Assembly: GCF_000025505.1 (NCBI RefSeq) | Contig: NC_013849.1 | Coordinates: forward strand, 990,001-1,022,000 | Source: Ferroglobus placidus DSM 10642 | Lineage (GTDB): Archaea > Halobacteriota > Archaeoglobi > Archaeoglobales > Archaeoglobaceae | Length of the DNA stretch: 32,000 bases | Direction: 5' to 3' | Shown: in pieces, positions 27,995-32,000 of the stretch | How positions within the stretch are numbered: position 1 is the first letter of the stretch | Layout: each line of letters starts with the position of its first letter | The notes under the pieces: model-generated | What the model was told of the DNA's origin: nothing | The model's database searches: none | The model's input: the letters and a program-made list of their open reading frames with translations, nothing else | Position numbers and translations under genes: made by a program

Positions 27995-28009
27995 AAAAGA
28001 AATTCTTTT
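27995..28009. promoter_or_regulatory. 15-bp AT-rich palindrome AAAAGAA-A-TTCTTTT between a TATA candidate (ATTTATTT 27981-27988) and the Lrp start
   Basis: 7+1+7 dyad symmetry read directly from the sequence. It ends 1 nt before ATG 28011. Confidence 0.35.
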
Positions 28010-28010
28010 C

Positions 28011-28574
28011 ATGGACGAGAAAGACAGGAAGATCATCTCGATTCTTCAAAGGAACGGAAAAGCGACTCTATCCGAAATTGCTGAAGAGGTCGGTATGACC
28101 GCTATGGGTGTGAAAAAGAGAATAGACAAGCTCGAAAGGGAGAAGATTATCAGGTCCTCTGTTCTTTTAAACGCTGAAAAATTGAAAATCTTAACAGCCG
28201 TTCTCGTCATGGAAGTTGAAAGTTCTCAGGCTCTCGAAAACATACTGAAAAAATTCGTGAACTGTCCGAGAGTAATCAAATTTTTCGTCACAACCGGAGG
28301 CTACAACCTCTTCGCTTTGATCTGGGCTGAAGATTTGCACTCTTTAGAAAGCGTAACCCTCGAAAGGTGCTCATTAAGAGCTCAGCCGGGAATAAGGAAG
28401 TACGAAGTTTATCCGGTACAAGAAATTCACTACGATCCGTTTCTCGAAATCAAAGTTTCGGCGGAGAAAATTGACGTCGCTCCCTGTGGTGTTGACTGCA
28501 AGAGTTGCAGCAGGTATAACGCTGAGAAATGCTTGGGATGTCCTGCTACGGTTTATTACAAAGGCAAACTTTAG
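28011..28574 (+). CDS. Lrp/AsnC-family transcriptional regulator with C-terminal Cys-rich extension
   Basis: N-terminal HTH DEKDRKIISILQRNGKATLSEIAEEVGMTAMGVKKRIDKLEREKII, a RAM-like middle domain, then the tail APCGVDCKSCSRYNAEKCLGCP. Confidence 0.85.
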   Translation: MDEKDRKIISILQRNGKATLSEIAEEVGMTAMGVKKRIDKLEREKIIRSSVLLNAEKLKILTAVLVMEVESSQALENILKKFVNCPRVIKFFVTTGGYNLFALIWAEDLHSLESVTLERCSLRAQPGIRKYEVYPVQEIHYDPFLEIKVSAEKIDVAPCGVDCKSCSRYNAEKCLGCPATVYYKGKL

Positions 28575-28578
28575 TTTA

Positions 28579-28584
28579 TTTTTT
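28579..28584 (+). terminator. T6 run directly after the Lrp stop codon
   Basis: TAG at 28572-28574 is followed by TTTATTTTTTAAAT. This is the oligo-T terminator type. Confidence 0.3.
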
Positions 28585-28624
28585 AAATAAAAACCATCTA
28601 TACAATTTATAAAATAAACTAACA

Positions 28625-29002
28625 TTGGTAATTAAAACGACCGAGCCGCTAACAATAATTTTGCTGGTAATCACTGGGCGGGTTGCTTGGCATAGGTACT
28701 GCGTTATAATGCTTCCATCCTTAGCGTTTATCTTCAAATATCCGCTGGCAGTTGCGATTGGAACGACGACAACTGCTGTGATTCTAACGGCAACTTCTGG
28801 GGCTATAGGACATTTGAGAATGAGAAATGTCGATTATTCCACAGCAAAGATTGTTGCAGTGAGTGGAGCAGTATGAGCTGCAGTAGGATCGATCATCTTC
28901 TTCTACATCTCAAATCAGATCTGGCTTCTGAACTTCATTCTCGGCTTCGCTTTCCTCTACGTATCGCCGAAATTCATCTGGCAGGGATATTTAGCTCTTT
29001 AA
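28625..29002 (+). pseudogene. Decayed TauE/SafE (DUF81) family membrane transporter fragment
   Basis: IMLPSLAFIFKYPLAVAIGTTTTAVILTATSGAIGHLRMRNVDYSTAKIVAVSGAV-stop-AAVGSIIFFY...FLYVS resembles one half of a TauE protein. There is an in-frame TGA at 28874-28876. The expected GLLGIGGG motif is readable only in another frame (SLGGLLGIG, 28671-28697). The ORF has only a TTG start. Confidence 0.6.
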
Positions 29003-29006
29003 TTAA

Positions 29007-29012
29007 TTTTTT
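29007..29012 (+). terminator. T6 run after the TauE-fragment stop
   Basis: TAA at 29000-29002 is followed by TTAATTTTTTGAAT. Confidence 0.25.
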
Positions 29013-29097
29013 GAATAAAATAATTTAGAGAGTTTTGTTAGCCGCTCATGGAAGAATGAGCCGACGAATAACTAATTTTACCAAAAATCTTATTATG

Positions 29098-29107
29098 AAA
29101 TTATATT
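29098..29107 (+). promoter_or_regulatory. Putative TATA box (AAATTATATT) for the TIP49 gene
   Basis: It is centred 26 nt upstream of ATG 29129, with no SD in between. This is leaderless-type spacing. Confidence 0.35.
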
Positions 29108-29128
29108 CCACTAATTTCGGTGATTTTT

Positions 29129-30475
29129 ATGGAGGAGATAAGAGAGATCGCTTCAAAATTTGAAAGAATCAGTGCCCATTCCCACATTAAAGGATTAGGA
29201 TTGGACGAGAACTTAAAAGCAAAAGATATCGCAGACGGACTCGTGGGGCAGAAAAAAGCGAGGGAAGCTGCAGGAGTGATAGTCAGGCTGATAAAAGAGG
29301 GAAAGATGGCTGGCAGAGGGATTCTCATCGCCGGACCTCCGGGAACCGGAAAGACGGCTATAGCTGTCGCTATAAGTAAAGAGCTCGGGAAAGACATACC
29401 TTTCGTTCAGGTTTCGGCAAGCGAGTTCTACAGCGCGGAGATGAAGAAGACCGAAGCGCTAATCCAGACGATGAGAAAAGCGATAGGAGTGAGGATAAAA
29501 GAGAGGAGGGTCGTTCTCGAAGGTGAGGTAGTTGGGCTGGATTACAACATGGTACCAAACCCGTACAACCCCACCCAGAAGATTCCGGAGTCTGCAACGC
29601 TAACCCTCGCTACGAAGAGTGAGAAGAGAACTTTCAGCGTAAGCGGAAGGCTGGCTTTGCAGTTCATGTATCAGGGAATAGAGGTAGGAGACGTGATAAT
29701 GATCGACAAGGAAACTGGTAGAGTTGTCAAGCTCGGAAGGAGCGAAAAAGCTTCGAAGAAGTACGACATAGGAGGGGAAGAAGTCGTCGAAGTTCCCTCG
29801 GGAAGCGTGGAAAAAGAGAAAGAATTCACTTACGTCGTAACTCTGCACGACCTCGACGAAGCTAACGCAAGGAGAAGAAGCATATTCTCGCTATTCTCCG
29901 GAGAGAGCAGAGAGATAGACAACGAGATAAGGGAGGCTGTGGACGAACAAGTTAAAAGGTGGGTGGAAGAGGGAAGAGCGGAGCTCGTTCCGGGAGTGCT
30001 GTTCATAGACGAAACTCATCTGATGGACATAGAGCTCTTCTCCTTCATGAACAGAGCGATGGAGTCCGAGATGGCTCCGATAATAATTCTCGCTTCGAAC
30101 AGGGGGTTTGCGAAGATAAGAGGAACCGACGTAGTAGCACCGCACGGAATTCCTCTGGACTTGCTGGACAGGCTGCTGATAATAACTACCGAGCCCTACA
30201 ACGAAAAAGAGATAGAAGCAATAATAAGAATCAGAGCTTCGGAGATGGGTGTGGAGCTGAGTGACGATGCTTTGAGAAAGTTGACAGAGTTAGGTGTCAA
30301 GTTCAGTTTAAGATACGCTGTTCAACTACTTGCTCCAGCCAACGAGTTCGCCAAGTTAAGAAATTCAGGCAAGATAGGAGTGGAAGATGTTGAGAGGGCT
30401 GCGGAGCTATTCGTAGACGTTAGTACGAGCTCTTCGTATCTGAAGAAGTGGGAAGAAAAGATGTTAACTTCCTGA
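29129..30475 (+). CDS. TIP49 / RuvB-like (RuvBL) AAA+ ATPase
   Basis: ERISAHSHIKGLGLDE, Walker A GPPGTGKTA, an inserted OB-like domain II between the Walker motifs, and Walker B LFIDETHLMD. ATG 29129 is preferred over GTG 29120. Confidence 0.9.
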   Translation: MEEIREIASKFERISAHSHIKGLGLDENLKAKDIADGLVGQKKAREAAGVIVRLIKEGKMAGRGILIAGPPGTGKTAIAVAISKELGKDIPFVQVSASEFYSAEMKKTEALIQTMRKAIGVRIKERRVVLEGEVVGLDYNMVPNPYNPTQKIPESATLTLATKSEKRTFSVSGRLALQFMYQGIEVGDVIMIDKETGRVVKLGRSEKASKKYDIGGEEVVEVPSGSVEKEKEFTYVVTLHDLDEANARRRSIFSLFSGESREIDNEIREAVDEQVKRWVEEGRAELVPGVLFIDETHLMDIELFSFMNRAMESEMAPIIILASNRGFAKIRGTDVVAPHGIPLDLLDRLLIITTEPYNEKEIEAIIRIRASEMGVELSDDALRKLTELGVKFSLRYAVQLLAPANEFAKLRNSGKIGVEDVERAAELFVDVSTSSSYLKKWEEKMLTS

Positions 30476-30486
30476 TTTTACAAAAC

Positions 30487-30492
30487 TTTTTT
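30487..30492 (+). terminator. T6 run after the TIP49 stop
   Basis: TGA at 30473-30475 is followed by TTTTACAAAACTTTTTTATC. Confidence 0.3.
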
Positions 30493-30528
30493 ATCAGAGA
30501 ATTTGTAAATAATTAAGTAGGTGGTAAT

Positions 30529-30993
30529 ATGGCGTTGGATGCGAACAAACTCGTTATTCGCCCGTTGCGACAGGAGGATTTTGAGGAGGTTGTGAGAATA
30601 GATGCAGAGTACACCGGAGAAAGGAGAGAGGAGTACTACAGAAGGCTTTTCAACGAGATTCTTAATGCCGAGCACGCTATAATAACGTCTCTTGCAGCTG
30701 AATACGACGGCAAACTCGTTGGATTTATAGCCGGAACAGTTTTCTCGGGAGAATTTGGAATTCCAGAGAATACTGCATACATAACAACGATGGGCGTTGA
30801 TAAGAATTTCGTGAGAATGGGGATAGGAAAGGAGCTTTTTAAAGAGTTCGTGAGAAACGTTAGAGCTGCGGGAGTGACGAGGATTTACACAATCGTCGAT
30901 TGGGAAGAGAATTGGGACTTGCTCAGCTTTTTCAGAAAAGCCGGATTCAAGCCGTCGGCAACGAAAATTTACTTGGAAATGGAGGTTCCCTAA
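30529..30993 (+). CDS. GNAT-family N-acetyltransferase
   Basis: Acetyl-CoA motif A is MGVDKNFVRMGIGKELFKEF. IRPLRQEDFEEVVRID is a typical GNAT N-terminus. SD GGTGGT upstream. Confidence 0.85.
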   Translation: MALDANKLVIRPLRQEDFEEVVRIDAEYTGERREEYYRRLFNEILNAEHAIITSLAAEYDGKLVGFIAGTVFSGEFGIPENTAYITTMGVDKNFVRMGIGKELFKEFVRNVRAAGVTRIYTIVDWEENWDLLSFFRKAGFKPSATKIYLEMEVP

Positions 30994-31054
30994 TTTATTA
31001 TTCCTAATAGCGTTAATGAACTGCAAAAATCCGAAAAATCGTTAATTTTAAAAT

Positions 31055-31096
31055 TTACAATGTAACAAGAAAAACCTTTTAAACTTTACATTGTAA
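31055..31096. promoter_or_regulatory. Two copies of the palindrome TTACA-n-TGTAA (31055-31065 and 31086-31096) bracketing a TATA candidate TTTTAAA (31077-31083)
   Basis: Site 1 is TTACAATGTAA and site 2 is TTACATTGTAA, its exact reverse complement. Centres are 31 bp apart. The TATA centre is 26 nt upstream of ATG 31106, so site 2 covers the expected transcription start. Confidence 0.6.
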
Positions 31097-31105
31097 AGTT
31101 CGTTT

Positions 31106-31417
31106 ATGATTGCTCAGTACGGCTATAGGGATGGGTCCGGCACGTATTACATAAGCATAGACACGGACAAATGCGACGGCTGCGTTGATTACGAAGTGGC
31201 TAAGTGCGTTGAAGTTTGTCCAGCGGGAGTTTTCGAGGTCGTCGACGAAGATCCGAACGATCCTCTAAGGGAGGAACCGGTTGCGATAGTTAAGGAGGAG
31301 CACAGAAACAAGCTAAGATTCAGCTGCGCCCAATGCAAGCCGGCAAGCGGCTACAGAATAGAAGATCTGCCCTGCGTTAAAGCCTGTCCGAATGGAGCTA
31401 TATCCCACAGCTGGTAG
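31106..31417 (+). CDS. 4Fe-4S dicluster-type ferredoxin-like protein with atypical Cys spacing
   Basis: CDGC-x8-CVEVCP and CAQC-x15-CVKACPNGAI. These are two CxxC...CxxxCP half-motifs. Confidence 0.75.
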   Translation: MIAQYGYRDGSGTYYISIDTDKCDGCVDYEVAKCVEVCPAGVFEVVDEDPNDPLREEPVAIVKEEHRNKLRFSCAQCKPASGYRIEDLPCVKACPNGAISHSW

Positions 31418-31419
31418 CC

Positions 31420-31632
31420 ATGTGGAAGCGAGCTTTCACGATTGAAAGGGAGAGGGCGAAGGAATACGTAGAGCTCTACGAATCCATGGGTTACGAAGTG
31501 AAAGTAGTTGATGCCAAGAGCTGTGACAGGGAGTGCGGGGTTTGCTATCTCGGCGGAGACTACGTGGAAATCTGGATAAGGAAAAAAGACGAAGGAGAAG
31601 GAGAACTTAACGAAGATTTATACGAAGATTAG
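31420..31632 (+). CDS. Hypothetical 70-aa protein with CX3CX2C motif and acidic tail
   Basis: The ORF starts 2 nt after the ferredoxin stop. It has SCDRECGVC and the C-terminal KDEGEGELNEDLYED. I recognise no family. Confidence 0.5.
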   Translation: MWKRAFTIERERAKEYVELYESMGYEVKVVDAKSCDRECGVCYLGGDYVEIWIRKKDEGEGELNEDLYED

Positions 31633-32000
31633 CCGAGATAAACGAGCGTCGCTCCGAAAACTGTTAAAACTACTCCAAAAATAGTTTTCAACGCTATTTT
31701 TTCGAGAGATTGAATGAAGAGTAGAGAGAAGAGCGTGGTAAATATCGGGTAGAGATTCGAGAGGGGAACAGCGATAATTACTGGTGTCGTGCTTAAAGAT
31801 AGGAAGTAAAAGTACGTTCCGACGAAAAGAGCCGTTCCAGAGAGGAAGAGGTAGGGAGATATTTTTTCCGGCTTCACCTTTCTCTTGTAAGCGGAGAAAA
31901 GGAAAAGAGCAGAAACACCAGAGAGGAGAGAAATCAAGTTGCTTAAAGATACGCTCTCCTCAATTATTCCCTTCTTCACGAAAATAGCCGCAAGCCCGTA
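31629..32000 (-). CDS. EamA/DMT-superfamily transporter, C-terminal part (5' end outside the window)
   Basis: The reading frame is open to the window edge (YGLAAIFVKKGI...). It has hydrophobic helices ending in an EamA-like C-terminal segment ...VLTVFGATLVYLG. The listed ATG 31979 is internal. Confidence 0.65.
   Translation of the reverse strand, partial: YGLAAIFVKKGIIEESVSLSNLISLLSGVSALFLFSAYKRKVKPEKISPYLFLSGTALFVGTYFYFLSLSTTPVIIAVPLSNLYPIFTTLFSLLFIQSLEKIALKTIFGVVLTVFGATLVYLG

Noticed and set aside
28874-28876. In-frame TGA in the TauE-like ORF as a possible selenocysteine codon
   Set aside because: I could see no SECIS-like structure. The family has no known selenoproteins, a Gly codon fits the alignment, and the gene carries other lesions.
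28578-29021. Near-identical 16-mers ATTTTTTAAATAAAAA (28578-28593) and ATTTTTTGAATAAAAT (29006-29021) flanking the TauE fragment, considered as insertion scars
   Set aside because: These are low-complexity AT-rich sequences. Each lies immediately after a stop codon and is better explained as an oligo-T terminator plus AT-rich spacer.
29042-29063. Hairpin GCTCAT-ggaaga-ATGAGC in the TauE-TIP49 spacer
   Set aside because: It has only a 6-bp perfect stem, no adjacent T-run, and no recognisable RNA family.
30478-31026. 182-aa - strand ORF covering the GNAT locus
   Set aside because: The + strand ORF has the GNAT acetyl-CoA motif and an SD. The - strand translation has no motif and would start inside the ferredoxin-operon promoter region.
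31420-31632. CX3CX2C in the 70-aa protein (and in the Lrp tail) as a radical-SAM signature
   Set aside because: The proteins are far too short and lack the TIM-barrel and SAM-binding motifs. Only the Cys spacing is shared.
1-32000. Search by eye for CRISPR arrays, tRNA/rRNA genes, IS elements, integrases and replication-origin ORB repeats
   Set aside because: No regularly spaced direct repeats were found. No intergenic gap is large enough for a tRNA, and no transposase or integrase-like ORFs are present. PCNA and PriL are here, but no cdc6/orc1 or ORB-like repeats accompany them.

Overview
Euryarchaeal chromosome segment. It looks like an Archaeoglobus-type genome, judged from my recollection of A. 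fulgidus PCNA, pelota and r-protein sequences, which I cannot verify here. Nt 1-16550 is core. It holds a 5'-partial HemL-like aminotransferase, then one very compact + strand super-operon: DUF171 SPOUT methyltransferase, uL3-uL4-uL23-uL2-uS19-uL22-uS3-uL29-RNase P Rpp29-uS17-uL14-uL24-eS4-uL5-uS14-uS8-uL6-eL32-eL19-uL18-uS5-uL30-uL15-SecY-DUF106 insertase-Cmk-Cbf5. uS14 (8853-9008) is missing from the supplied ORF track. Next come a two-subunit CoA-transferase on the - strand and a PCNA-PriL-pelota operon. From about 21.0 to 29.1 kb the content looks more accessory: a decayed octopine-DH-family gene, a five-gene Liv-type ABC importer, an AbrB-like regulator translationally coupled to an ACR3 arsenite exporter, a divergent Lrp/AsnC regulator with a Cys-rich tail, and a decayed TauE/SafE fragment. 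The window ends with a TIP49/RuvB-like AAA+ ATPase, a GNAT acetyltransferase, a ferredoxin-like gene plus a 70-aa Cys protein behind a promoter bracketed by two copies of one palindrome, and a partial EamA transporter. I saw no rRNA, tRNA, CRISPR, transposase or integrase. I did not find a clear-cut novel multi-gene system. The best leads are (i) a ferredoxin-type 8-Cys module inside PriL, (ii) the AbrB-like Cx6CC protein coupled to ACR3 where an ArsR would be expected, (iii) the twin TTACAnTGTAA operators around the ferredoxin-pair promoter, and (iv) the Lrp regulator with a CX3CX2C...CX2C tail. All product calls come from reading the translations, not from a database search.
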